Shown one piece after another: positions 17,334 to 26,054 of a stretch of DNA of 64,000 bases (the stretch's first letter is position 1; each line of letters starts with the position of its first letter). The notes under the pieces are model-generated. The model did no database searches. It saw nothing but the letters and a program-made list of their open reading frames with translations, and was not told where the DNA came from. Source of the DNA: Actinomycetota bacterium (lineage in GTDB: Bacteria > Actinomycetota > Acidimicrobiia > IMCC26256 > JACDBD01); contig JBQTGU010000015.1 of NCBI GenBank assembly GCA_052390575.1, forward strand, positions 60,634 through 124,633, given 5' to 3'. Made by a program: the position numbers and the translations under genes.

Positions 17334-18077
17334 CTACTCGGTGGCGACCTCGGCGAGCGTCCCGAGGTACAGCTCGACCACCTTCGGATCGTTGAGCAGC
17401 GCGTCGCCCGGTCCGGTGTGGGCGTTGCGGCCCTGGTCGAGCACGTAGGCGCGGTCGGCGATCTCGAGGCAGCGGCGGGCGTTCTGCTCGACCATCACGA
17501 TCGACACGCCCGCGCCGTTGATCTCCTTGACCCGCTCGAACACCTGGTCCTGGAACACCGGCGACAGGCCCGCCGACGGCTCGTCGAGGAACAGCACCGC
17601 CGGGTCCATCATCAGCGCCCGGCCCATCGCCACCATTTGCCGTTCGCCACCCGAGAGCGAGCCCGCCCGCTGCTTGCGGCGTCCCGCGAGCAGCGGGAAC
17701 AGCGACGCCACGCTCTCGAGCCGCTCCTCCCAGCGCCGGGGCCGCAGGTACAGGCCCATGCGCAGGTTCTCCTCCACCGTGAGGCTCGGGAACACGTTGG
17801 CGAGCTGAGGGACGTACCCGACGCCCCGGTCGACGAGCTCGTGGGCGGGGAGGCCGGTGATGTCGTCGCCCCGGAGCGTGATGGTTCCGGAGCGCACCGG
17901 GACCAGCCCGAACATGGTCTTCACCAGCGTGGACTTGCCCGCGCCGTTGGGCCCGATGACACCCACGATCTCGCCGTGGTGGACCTCGAGGCTGGTGCCG
18001 CGCAGGATGTCGACCCCGGGGAGGTAGCCCGCCACCAGCTCGTGGGCGCGGACGAACGGCGGCGTGGCCTCGCTCAC
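17334..18077 (-). CDS. livF: Branched-chain amino acid ABC transporter ATP-binding protein (LivF-type)
   Basis: 3' 248 codons of track ORF 17334..18731. The GTG start at 18077 forms a GTGA overlap with the livG stop. Contains GPNGAGKSTL, LSGGERQMVAMGRAL and FLDEPSAGLSP. Confidence 0.9.
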   Translation of the reverse strand: MSEATPPFVRAHELVAGYLPGVDILRGTSLEVHHGEIVGVIGPNGAGKSTLVKTMFGLVPVRSGTITLRGDDITGLPAHELVDRGVGYVPQLANVFPSLTVEENLRMGLYLRPRRWEERLESVASLFPLLAGRRKQRAGSLSGGERQMVAMGRALMMDPAVLFLDEPSAGLSPVFQDQVFERVKEINGAGVSIVMVEQNARRCLEIADRAYVLDQGRNAHTGPGDALLNDPKVVELYLGTLAEVATE

Positions 18078-18970
18078 GACGCCTCCTCCCCCTCGGGTCG
18101 CTCCGCTCCGCCGTCCCGCTCTCCGAGCACGGCTGCGCTTCGCTCCTCGGTCCGCCTCGCGCCGAGGTAGGCGTCGATGACGGCGTCGTTGGTCGCGATC
18201 GAGCCCGGCGGGCCCTCGGCGATGACCTCGCCCTCGGCCATGCACACGACCCAGTCGCTGATGCCCATGACGACGTCCATGTCGTGCTCGACGAACATGA
18301 CGGTCAGGCCCTCGTCGCGAAGCTCGCGCACGTGGTCGAGGATCGACTGGACCAGCGCGGGGTTCACGCCCGCGGTGGGCTCGTCGAGCAACAGCATGCG
18401 AGGCCCGACCATCAATGCCCGGGCCATCTCCAGCAGCTTGCGCTGCCCGCCCGAGAGCGTGCCCGCGTACTCGCCCCGCATGTGCCCGAGGTTGAACCGT
18501 TCCAGCAGCGCGTCGGCGCGCCCCTCGATCTCGTGCTCCTGCTGCCGCCACCGCGGTCGCACCAGGCAGTCGCGCAGGCGTTCCCCCCGCTGACCGGTGG
18601 CGGCAAGGGTCATGTTGTCGAGGACGGTCATCTTGCTGAGCGCCTTGGTGAGCTGGAACGTGCGCACCAGGCCGGTGCGGGGGACCTGGTACGCCAGCAT
18701 CCCCTCGATCGGTTGCCCGTCGAAGCTCCACCTCCCCGCGTCGGCGCCGTCGAACGCGGTCAGCAGGTTGAACATGGTGGTCTTGCCGGCGCCGTTGGGC
18801 CCGATGAGCGCGGTGATCGTCCCGCGCTGCACCTCGAGCCGGTCGACGTGCACGGCCACGAGCCCGCCGAAGCTCTTGCGCAGCCCCGACACCGACAGGA
18901 TCGGGTCCGGTTTGGCCACGCCCGGCTCGGGCGCGATCGCCGCCAGCGCGGTGCCGGCGCTACTGGGCAT
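18074..18970 (-). CDS. livG: Branched-chain amino acid ABC transporter ATP-binding protein (LivG-type)
   Basis: Track ORF of 298 aa. Contains GPNGAGKTTMFN, LSGGQRKLLEMARAL and LLDEPTAGVNP. Overlaps livM by 11 nt. Confidence 0.9.
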   Translation of the reverse strand: MPSSAGTALAAIAPEPGVAKPDPILSVSGLRKSFGGLVAVHVDRLEVQRGTITALIGPNGAGKTTMFNLLTAFDGADAGRWSFDGQPIEGMLAYQVPRTGLVRTFQLTKALSKMTVLDNMTLAATGQRGERLRDCLVRPRWRQQEHEIEGRADALLERFNLGHMRGEYAGTLSGGQRKLLEMARALMVGPRMLLLDEPTAGVNPALVQSILDHVRELRDEGLTVMFVEHDMDVVMGISDWVVCMAEGEVIAEGPPGSIATNDAVIDAYLGARRTEERSAAVLGERDGGAERPEGEEAS

Positions 18971-19949
18971 CGATCAGCACCTCTTCCCGCTTCCCCAGGA
19001 TCCCCTGGGGCCGGAAGATCATGAGGAGCATGAGCCCGAGCCCCACGAGCGCGAACCGCAGCGCGCCGATGTCGGCTTCGTCGAGGACCGACTCGGGGAT
19101 CCAGCCCGCCCGGATCGCCTCGCGGGCGAACCCCTCGGTGAACTGGATGACGAACCAGTACACGACGGCGCCGACGATCGGTCCGAGTCGCGACGCGGGC
19201 CCGCCCAGGATCAGCACGGTGTAGACCGCGAACGTCACCACCGGCAGGTAGCTGTCGGGGTTGACCGACTGGCGGTCGATCGCGAGCAGCATCCCCGCCA
19301 GTGCCCCGATCACGCCCCCGATTACGAGGCTCTGGAGCTTGAGGACGAACACGTTCTTGCCCAGGCTGCGGGCGGCGTCCTCGTCCTCACGGATCGCCCG
19401 CAGCACGCGGCCCCAGGGGCTGCGGGTGAGCAGCAGCACGAGCACGGTGAAGATCGCCACCAACGACCATCCCACGGTGAGCACCCACAGGCCTCGTTCG
19501 GTGAACGACACTCGGCCGATGCCGTACTCACCGTTCGGGAACGGGTTGAGGTCGAAGAACCCGTTGCCGAATCGCTGGATGCCGAACACGCCGCGAGTGA
19601 GCGAGTCCTCGCCCGGACCGCGGATCACGATGCGCAGCACCTCGGCGGCCGCGATGGTCACGATCGCGAGGTAGTCGGCCCGCAGCCGCAGCGTCGGCAG
19701 CCCGAACAGCAGTCCCAGCGCCACCGCCGCCACCACGCCCACGAGAAGCCCGAGCCACAGCGGTCCGCCCTGGTCGACGGTGATGGCGGTGCCGTAGGCG
19801 CCCACCATGAGAAAGGCGACGTGGCCGAAGTTGAGCAGCCCGGTGTAACCGAACTGGAGGTTGAGCCCGACGGCGGCGAGCGCGTAGGCGGCGGCGAGCG
19901 GCCCGATCGCCACGCGGGTCGCGTCGGCGAGCACTTCCACTATGTCCAT
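18960..19949 (-). CDS. livM: Branched-chain amino acid ABC transporter permease (LivM-type)
   Basis: Track ORF of 329 aa, polytopic. Contains GLNLQFGYTGLLNFGHVAFLMVGAYG and REDEDAARSLGKNV. Confidence 0.9.
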   Translation of the reverse strand: MDIVEVLADATRVAIGPLAAAYALAAVGLNLQFGYTGLLNFGHVAFLMVGAYGTAITVDQGGPLWLGLLVGVVAAVALGLLFGLPTLRLRADYLAIVTIAAAEVLRIVIRGPGEDSLTRGVFGIQRFGNGFFDLNPFPNGEYGIGRVSFTERGLWVLTVGWSLVAIFTVLVLLLTRSPWGRVLRAIREDEDAARSLGKNVFVLKLQSLVIGGVIGALAGMLLAIDRQSVNPDSYLPVVTFAVYTVLILGGPASRLGPIVGAVVYWFVIQFTEGFAREAIRAGWIPESVLDEADIGALRFALVGLGLMLLMIFRPQGILGKREEVLIDAQ

Positions 19950-20045
19950 CCCTATTGCTCCGCTCGCCTCGGGCGCCGGGATACCCGGCGCCCGCCCTGC
20001 GGGCCGCTCGCTCCGCGTGCTCGCTCGACTGCGCTCGCTCGCGCT
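19950..20045 (-). repeat. MIRU/REP-like intergenic hairpin repeat, copy 2 (inverted relative to copies 1, 3 and 4; same sense as the liv operon)
   Basis: The reverse complement reads ...GCGGAGCGAGCGGCCCGCAGGGCGGGCGCCGGGTATCCCGGCGCCCGAGGCGAGCGGAGCAATAGGG followed by the livM ATG. The stem lies at 19970-19994. The 5' flank (20010-20045) is rich in GAGCG repeats. Confidence 0.8.
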
Positions 20046-20063
20046 GGTTGCATTCGCATCCCC

Positions 20064-21383
20064 CTATCCCACTCGTTCGGCGCGGCCGAGGATGCCCTGA
20101 GGTCGCAGCAGGACGACCCCGATGAGGACCGCCAGCGAGACCGCGACCTTGTACTTGCTCTCGACCCAGTACGTGCTGATCTGGGTGGCCAGGCCGATGA
20201 GCAGTCCCCCGACCATGGCCCCGTAGGCGGTGCCGATCCCGCCCAGGATCACCGCCGCGAACATCAGCAGCAGGAGCCCGAAGCCCATGTCGTAGGTGAT
20301 CCGGTCGGTGACGCCCTGGAACACCCCGCCCAGCCCGGCGAGGGCGGCGCCGGTGATCCAGGTGATGAGGATCACCCGCTCGACGTTGATGCCCGACGCC
20401 TCGGCGAGATCGCGGTCGTCGGAGACGGCCCGCATCGCGGTACCGAGCCGCGTCCCCTGGAGCAGCAGCCCGACCGCGACGAGCAGCGCGAGCGCCAACC
20501 CGATGATCACGAAGTCCTTGGGCGGGAGCGAGATCGGCCCCACGTCGAAATTCTTCTGGATGGTGAACTCGGTGTACGGGCGCGGCCGCTCACCGAAGAT
20601 GATGAGGAAGACGTGGCGGAGGAACAACCCGAGGCCGATGGAGACGACGATGAGGGCGACGTTGCCCGAGCGTTGGCGGCGCAGTCGACGGAACAGCCCG
20701 GTCTCGAGCGCGTAGCCGAGCCCGCCCGCCGCGATCAGGGCGAGCACTGCCGCGCCCACGAGTGGCATCTCCGGTCCGCCGGCGGACGCGCTGAGGAAGA
20801 ACGCGACCAGCGCGCCGAAGGTGACGAGCTCGCCGTGGGCGAAGTTGACCAGACCAGTGACCCCGAAGATGAGCGACAGGCCCACCGACGCCAGCGCGAG
20901 GACCGCACCGACGCGGATGCCCTGCACCGTGAGGTTGAGGAGTCGCTCGGTGGTCGACGAGCGGCTGCTCGTTCGTTCGCCGATCGCGAAGATGAGGCCT
21001 TTTGCCCGGCCTTCCTCGATGTCGACCTCGATGCTGGCCTTGTCCTCGTCGCGGAGTCCGACACCCTTGGGCAGCGTGTCGGTGTCGAGGGTCACGGTGT
21101 ACGTGCCCGGGCCGGGCAGCATGATCTCCCAGCTGCCCTCGGCATCGGTGACGGCCTCGCCGACCTCACGGTCACCCTTCTTGGCCGTCAGCTCGACGCC
21201 TTCGAGCGGCTTCGACTCCTTCTTGGTCTTGTCCTGGATGCGGCCCCGCACCGACTCGGGCTCGTCGACCGGGGTCTCCTCGTCATCCTCCTGCGCCGAC
21301 ACGGAGGCTGCGGACGCGAGCGCGAGCGCGCCGGTGAGTGCGAGCAATGCGAGCGCTCCCAAGGCTCTCGTTCGTGGTCGCAC
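20064..21383 (-). CDS. livH: Branched-chain amino acid ABC transporter permease (LivH-type) with an N-terminal signal peptide and an extra beta-sandwich-like domain
   Basis: Track ORF of 439 aa. The LivH core starts near LLNLTVQGIRVGAVLALASVGLSLIFGVTGLVNFAHGE. It is preceded by MRPRTRALGALALLALTGALALASAASVSAQ and ~110 aa including GVELTAKKGDREVGEAVTDAEGSWEIMLPGPGTYTVTLD. Confidence 0.85.
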   Translation of the reverse strand: MRPRTRALGALALLALTGALALASAASVSAQEDDEETPVDEPESVRGRIQDKTKKESKPLEGVELTAKKGDREVGEAVTDAEGSWEIMLPGPGTYTVTLDTDTLPKGVGLRDEDKASIEVDIEEGRAKGLIFAIGERTSSRSSTTERLLNLTVQGIRVGAVLALASVGLSLIFGVTGLVNFAHGELVTFGALVAFFLSASAGGPEMPLVGAAVLALIAAGGLGYALETGLFRRLRRQRSGNVALIVVSIGLGLFLRHVFLIIFGERPRPYTEFTIQKNFDVGPISLPPKDFVIIGLALALLVAVGLLLQGTRLGTAMRAVSDDRDLAEASGINVERVILITWITGAALAGLGGVFQGVTDRITYDMGFGLLLLMFAAVILGGIGTAYGAMVGGLLIGLATQISTYWVESKYKVAVSLAVLIGVVLLRPQGILGRAERVG

Positions 21384-21414
21384 GGATCTCCCCCTTGATC
21401 CGGCGCGGAGTCTG

Positions 21415-22125
21415 TCACCGCCCGAACAGCGCCACCAGCACCGGCGCGAACACGAGCGCGGGCAGGAACGACGCCACCCGGACCTCGGCGATGTCGAGGA
21501 GGCGTAAACCGATCCCGATGAGGAGCAGCCCGCCGACCGCGCTCATCTCGTCGACCATCCGGTCGGTGAGTACGTCATCGAGCAGCGCGGCCGATGCGGT
21601 CAGGCCGCCCTGGAGCATCGCGATGGTCACGACGCTGGCGGCGACACCCCACCCGAGCGTCGTCGCGAACGCCAGCGCGGCGAACCCGTCGAGGGCGCTC
21701 TTGGTCGCGAGCAGGTCGATGTCGCCGTTGAGCCCGTCCTGGATCGAGCCCAGGATCGTGAGCGGGCCCACGCAGAACACCAGCGACGCCACCAGGTAGC
21801 CCTCGACGAAGCGCGATCGGCCCGAGGCTTCCGATTCGCGCGGTGCCTGACCCACGCGTGCCTCGATGCGCCGCCCGATCGCCTCGAGCCGGTCCTCGAG
21901 CCGCAGCGCCTCCCCCACGAGCCCGCCGAGCAGGAGCGCGCCCAGCATGAGCAGGGCGTTGCGCGTGAGCAGCCCCTCGCGCACGCCGAGGAACAGCGTG
22001 AACACGCCCAGACCCTGCATCACGGTGACGCGGAAGCGGTCGGGGAGCCGGCTGCCCAACAGCACGCCCGCGGTCGAGCCCGCCAACACTGCGGCGATGT
22101 TGATGAGCGTGCCCGCACCCCGCAC
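21415..22125 (-). CDS. DUF554 (YdfK/YqgA-like) membrane protein
   Basis: 3' 237 codons of track ORF 21415..22695. The GTG at 22125 gives VRGAGTLINIAAVLAGSTAGVLLG..., the typical N-terminus of this family. Polytopic. Confidence 0.75.
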   Translation of the reverse strand: MRGAGTLINIAAVLAGSTAGVLLGSRLPDRFRVTVMQGLGVFTLFLGVREGLLTRNALLMLGALLLGGLVGEALRLEDRLEAIGRRIEARVGQAPRESEASGRSRFVEGYLVASLVFCVGPLTILGSIQDGLNGDIDLLATKSALDGFAALAFATTLGWGVAASVVTIAMLQGGLTASAALLDDVLTDRMVDEMSAVGGLLLIGIGLRLLDIAEVRVASFLPALVFAPVLVALFGR

Positions 22126-22234
22126 GGTCCCGAAACTAGGCGGACGGGTCGCAGGCGCGTGCGAGACTCGCCCAATCGCCCGCTCCCGGTTCATCACCAC
22201 CACGCACGGCACGCGCCCCGAGGCGTTCGGCCCG

Positions 22235-23134
22235 GTGGAGTGGAGCCTGCTCGCCGCCGCCGCGACCATCTGGGGCTCGTCGTTCCTCTGGATCGAGTAC
22301 GGGCTCGAGTCGTTCCGCCCGCCGGTGGTGACGACCGCACGTATCGCGCTCGGCGCGCTTGCGCTGGCGATGGTGCCGGCCGCCCGCCGCACCCGCATCG
22401 ACCGGAGCGACTGGCCCCGGGTCGTGGTGCTCGCACTCACCTGGATGGCGATCCCGTTGCTGCTCTTCCCGGTAGCGCAGCGGTGGATCGACTCTTCGCT
22501 GGCGGGGATGCTGAACGGTGCGGTACCGCTCACGACCGCGTTCGTGGGTGCAGTGGCGCTGCGGGCCCTGCCCGGGCGGGTCCAGCGCTTCGGCCTGGCC
22601 GTCGGCTTCTTCGGCGTGGTGTGCATCACGTGGCCGTCCATCCAGGACGCCGACGCCACCGCCCTCGGCGTCGGGCTGTGCGCGATCGCGGTCACGCTCT
22701 ACGGGGTCGGCGCCAACGTCGCGGTGCCGCTCCAGCAGCGCTACGGCGCGCTCCCGGTGTTGCTGCGGGCGTTGCTGGTCGCGCTCGCCCTGGTCACCCC
22801 CATCGGCGTCGCCGCGCTCCCGGGGTCGGAATGGGGCGGCGGGAGCGCGGCCGCGATGGTCCCGTTGGGGCTGCTGGGTACCGGATGGGCGTACGTCGCC
22901 TTCGTCACCCTGTCGGGGCGGGCCGGCGCCACCCGCGGCGCGGTCGCCATCTACTTCACGCCGGTGGTCGCGATCGTGCTCGGCGTCGTGGTGCGCGACG
23001 AGCACGTTGCCGCGGTGTCGCTGGTCGGCGCCGGGCTCGTGATCCTGGGCGCCTGGCTGACCAGCCGGGGGGAGGCCGAGCGCATCGCCGACACGAGGAT
23101 CGCCGAGGCCGAACAGGCCGGCATGCCCGGCTGA
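22235..23134 (+). CDS. EamA/DMT-family transporter
   Basis: 3' part of track ORF 21866..23134. The start is uncertain; the GTG at 22235 gives VEWSLLAAAATIWGSSFLWI. There are ten hydrophobic segments and two EamA-like halves. Confidence 0.75.
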   Translation: MEWSLLAAAATIWGSSFLWIEYGLESFRPPVVTTARIALGALALAMVPAARRTRIDRSDWPRVVVLALTWMAIPLLLFPVAQRWIDSSLAGMLNGAVPLTTAFVGAVALRALPGRVQRFGLAVGFFGVVCITWPSIQDADATALGVGLCAIAVTLYGVGANVAVPLQQRYGALPVLLRALLVALALVTPIGVAALPGSEWGGGSAAAMVPLGLLGTGWAYVAFVTLSGRAGATRGAVAIYFTPVVAIVLGVVVRDEHVAAVSLVGAGLVILGAWLTSRGEAERIADTRIAEAEQAGMPG

Positions 23135-23149
23135 CCACCCGCCGTTCTT

Positions 23150-23170
23150 GCGCGCTGAGCGCGCCGTTTT
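23150..23170 (+). terminator. Hairpin plus T-run after the EamA gene
   Basis: GCGCGC-TGA-GCGCGC followed by CGTTTT, 16 nt after the stop at 23134. Confidence 0.45.
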
Positions 23171-23204
23171 CGAGTCGCGGAGCGCGCAGCTACGACTTTT
23201 CGGG

Positions 23205-24956
23205 TTAAGCGACCGCGCCGGGGGAGCCGTCGTCGGTCACGACCGGCAGACCGGCGGCTTCCCACGCCTGCAGGCCCCCGGCGAGGTTCACCGAGTCGAA
23301 GCCCCAGGCGTTCAGGGCCTCCGTGATGGCGGCCGATCGGCCGCCCGAGCGGCAGATCGTCACGATCTTCTGATCCTTGGGTAGCTCGGACTGGCGGGTC
23401 TGCACCTCCTTCATGGGCACGAACACCGCGTCGGGCGCGTGACCGGCGGACCACTCGTCCGGCTCGCGCACGTCGAGGAGGAACGCACCGTTCTCGACCA
23501 GCGCTCGGCCTTCCTCGGGATCGACCTGGGGGACATCGGGCGCGGGCATGCCGTCTCCTTGCGGGTCGTCGATTGGAAGCCCCGCCGCTCGCCACGCCTC
23601 GAACCCACCCAGCAGGTCGGAGACGTCGGCGAATCCGGAAGCCGCGAGCACGCTGGCGGCAATCGCCGAGCGGTAGCCGCTGGCGCAGTTCACGACCGTC
23701 GGCCGGTCGGGATCGAGCCGATCGAGCGAGTCGACCAGCGCCGGAAGGGGAGCCGTGACCGCGCCCGGCAGGACGCCGCCGGCGGTCTCGCCCGGGTTGC
23801 GCACGTCGACGAGCTGGAGCTCGGGGGTGTTGCCGCGCAGCTCGGCCAGGTACTCGATCGTGACCCGGGAACTGCGCTCGACCGCGTCGGGGCAGTCGAG
23901 GAACGCGTGCAGCGGCTCGGCCAGCGCGCCCACGACTCGGTCGAAGCCGATGCGCCCCAGCCTGACCTTGGCCTCGAGCTCGCGGCCTGGGTCGGTCACC
24001 AGCACGATCGACCGCGATGGCGCCAGCACGTCGCCGACGTATTCGGCGAACCGGCCCTGGAGCCCGACGTTGATCGCGCCCTGGAGGTGTCCGGCGGCGA
24101 AGTCCATCGGCTCGCGGGTGTCGAGCACGACCGCGCCGTCGCATTGCACGGTGATCACCTCGTCGAGCGAGAGCGGCTCGGGCGGCGTCTCCTCGTCGAG
24201 CAGCGGGTGAGCCTCGCGGTTGCGTTGAGCGTCGAACGCGAAGTACTGGGGTCGAAGGGGCTGGCCCTCGGTCACCAGTGCGACGAACTCGTCCTCGCTC
24301 ATCGGCGCCAGCGCGTAGTTGGTGCGGCGCTGCTCGCCGATGGTGCTCTGGGTCTCGGTCGAGAGGTTCTTGCCGCACGCCGATCCCGCGCCGTGAGCGG
24401 GGAAGACCCGGGTGGGGTCGGGCAGCGGCAGCAGCTCCGTCTGCAGCGACCGGTACAGCTGCCGGGCCAGCTCCTCGGGCGCGGTGCCGGCCGCCGCCAG
24501 CAGGTCGGGGCGGCCCACGTCCCCGATGAACAGCGTGTCGCCGGTGAGGACGCCGTACGGCGGCTCGTCGCCGGCGCGTTCGCGCACGACCACGCTGATC
24601 GACTCCGGGGTGTGGCCCGGTGTTGCCCGCACCTCGAGGTCGACCTCGCCCAGGCTGAGATGGTCCCCGTGGGCCAGCGGTTCGATCTGGAAGTCCACCT
24701 GCGCTGAGTCGCCGTACGAGATGACCGCGCCCGTGCGAGACGCGAGCTCGAGGTGGCCGCTGAGGAAGTCGGCGTGCACGTGCGTCTCGATCACCCGCTC
24801 GATGGTCAATCCCGCCTCGTCGGCGTCGCGCAGGTAGCGGCTGACGTCACGCTGGGGGTCGACGACCACGGCCCGACCGGTGCTCTCGTCGCCCACCAGG
24901 TACGACGCGTGCGACAGGCAGTCGAGGTAGTACTGCGTGAAGATCAACGGGGACAT
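23205..24956 (-). CDS. Metallo-beta-lactamase-fold (persulfide-dioxygenase-like) protein fused to three rhodanese domains
   Basis: 3' 584 codons of track ORF 23205..25082, starting at the ATG at 24956 (MSPLIFTQYYLDCLSHASYLV). Contains THVHADFLSG and TPGHTPESI. The rhodanese loops are CASGYRS and CRSGGRS, with one Cys-less domain (VTDPGRE). Confidence 0.85.
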   Translation of the reverse strand: MSPLIFTQYYLDCLSHASYLVGDESTGRAVVVDPQRDVSRYLRDADEAGLTIERVIETHVHADFLSGHLELASRTGAVISYGDSAQVDFQIEPLAHGDHLSLGEVDLEVRATPGHTPESISVVVRERAGDEPPYGVLTGDTLFIGDVGRPDLLAAAGTAPEELARQLYRSLQTELLPLPDPTRVFPAHGAGSACGKNLSTETQSTIGEQRRTNYALAPMSEDEFVALVTEGQPLRPQYFAFDAQRNREAHPLLDEETPPEPLSLDEVITVQCDGAVVLDTREPMDFAAGHLQGAINVGLQGRFAEYVGDVLAPSRSIVLVTDPGRELEAKVRLGRIGFDRVVGALAEPLHAFLDCPDAVERSSRVTIEYLAELRGNTPELQLVDVRNPGETAGGVLPGAVTAPLPALVDSLDRLDPDRPTVVNCASGYRSAIAASVLAASGFADVSDLLGGFEAWRAAGLPIDDPQGDGMPAPDVPQVDPEEGRALVENGAFLLDVREPDEWSAGHAPDAVFVPMKEVQTRQSELPKDQKIVTICRSGGRSAAITEALNAWGFDSVNLAGGLQAWEAAGLPVVTDDGSPGAVA

Positions 24957-24960
24957 GCTC

Positions 24961-25905
24961 TCACCGTGACGCCGGTCCTGCGACCGCGACCGCCGGGACC
25001 GCCGGGTACCCCTCGGGCAGGAACAGGACCCCGTCGACGGTCGCGTAATACACCTGCCACTGGTAGTACCCGCGGTAGGCACGCTCGTCGCCCCCGATCA
25101 ACCCGGCGTAGTTCTGGATCGTGCGCACGTAGTGGTCGCTGTTGTTGTAGGCGAACAGGGCCCGGTCCATGTTCTCGGGCCCGCCCGACGAGTCGAGGTA
25201 GCGACCGGCGGCGAGGATCGCGTCGCGGTTGTCGTTGATGTCCCCCTCGCCGAACGCCTCCCAGGTGCTCGGGATGAACTGCATCGGCCCCTGCGCGCCC
25301 GCGGAGCTGTTCCCGCGGATGCGCCCCAGGCGTGTCTCCACCAGATGGATCGCCGCCAGGTACCGCCACGGGATGCCCGACGCCGCCTCGGCCTCCCGGT
25401 AGTACCCGACCAGGACGTCCGGAGGGAGCGGCGCCTCGATGCGCCAGTCCGGCAGCATCGGTTGCGGTTGGTTGAGGATCGCGACCGCCGTCACCGCTTC
25501 GAGGTTGGCGGCGACGATCAACGCCACCTCCGGCGGCAGCGCCGCCTGCACCTCCGCCACCCATTCCGGATGCCCGGAGAGCGCTCGGTAGGCGTTCTGC
25601 TGCTCCCATCCGACGACCCGGAGCTGCTCGGGTGGCGTGACGTCGCTGCGGAGGGCGGGCTCGACCCGGAGGACGACCTCGGCGACCTCGCTCGCGCTCG
25701 CCGGGAGCGCGAGGTCGTCGGGGCTGTCGACGGCGGGCGGCGCGGTGGTCGTCGTCGGCGCGGCGCTCGTCGTTGGCGGGGCGGAGGGCGGCGCCGCCGT
25801 CGTCGGTACGTCGGCCCCCGTGGTCTCGCCGCCGCCGCCGCCGTCGCACGCCCCCAGCCCCAGCCCCGTGACCAGCAGGAGGACGACGACCGCGCGGACC
25901 GGCAC
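24961..25905 (-). CDS. Lytic transglycosylase (SLT-like) lipoprotein
   Basis: 3' 315 codons of track ORF 24961..26637. The GTG at 25905 gives VPVRAVVVLLLVTGLGLGAC (lipobox). Contains HLVETRLGRIRG...GAQGPMQFIPSTW and AYNNSDHYV. Confidence 0.8.
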   Translation of the reverse strand: MPVRAVVVLLLVTGLGLGACDGGGGGETTGADVPTTAAPPSAPPTTSAAPTTTTAPPAVDSPDDLALPASASEVAEVVLRVEPALRSDVTPPEQLRVVGWEQQNAYRALSGHPEWVAEVQAALPPEVALIVAANLEAVTAVAILNQPQPMLPDWRIEAPLPPDVLVGYYREAEAASGIPWRYLAAIHLVETRLGRIRGNSSAGAQGPMQFIPSTWEAFGEGDINDNRDAILAAGRYLDSSGGPENMDRALFAYNNSDHYVRTIQNYAGLIGGDERAYRGYYQWQVYYATVDGVLFLPEGYPAVPAVAVAGPASR

Positions 25906-26054
25906 GGGCCCAGCCTGCCCCACCCCTGTCGCTCCGATCCCACGCCCGCTACGGTGTGTGTGCCCAGGCACACTCAGCGTGGCAGGGGGCTGATTTCTGG
26001 GTAGTAAATCCTCAAGTCGCCGGTCGGGCGTGCCGAGACCGCGGCAGGAGGGGT

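Noticed and set aside
18597-21398. 933-aa plus-strand ORF across the liv permease genes.
   Set aside because: It is antisense to livM/livH and has Arg/Glu/Asp/Pro-rich low-complexity translation. The minus strand encodes unmistakable ABC permeases.
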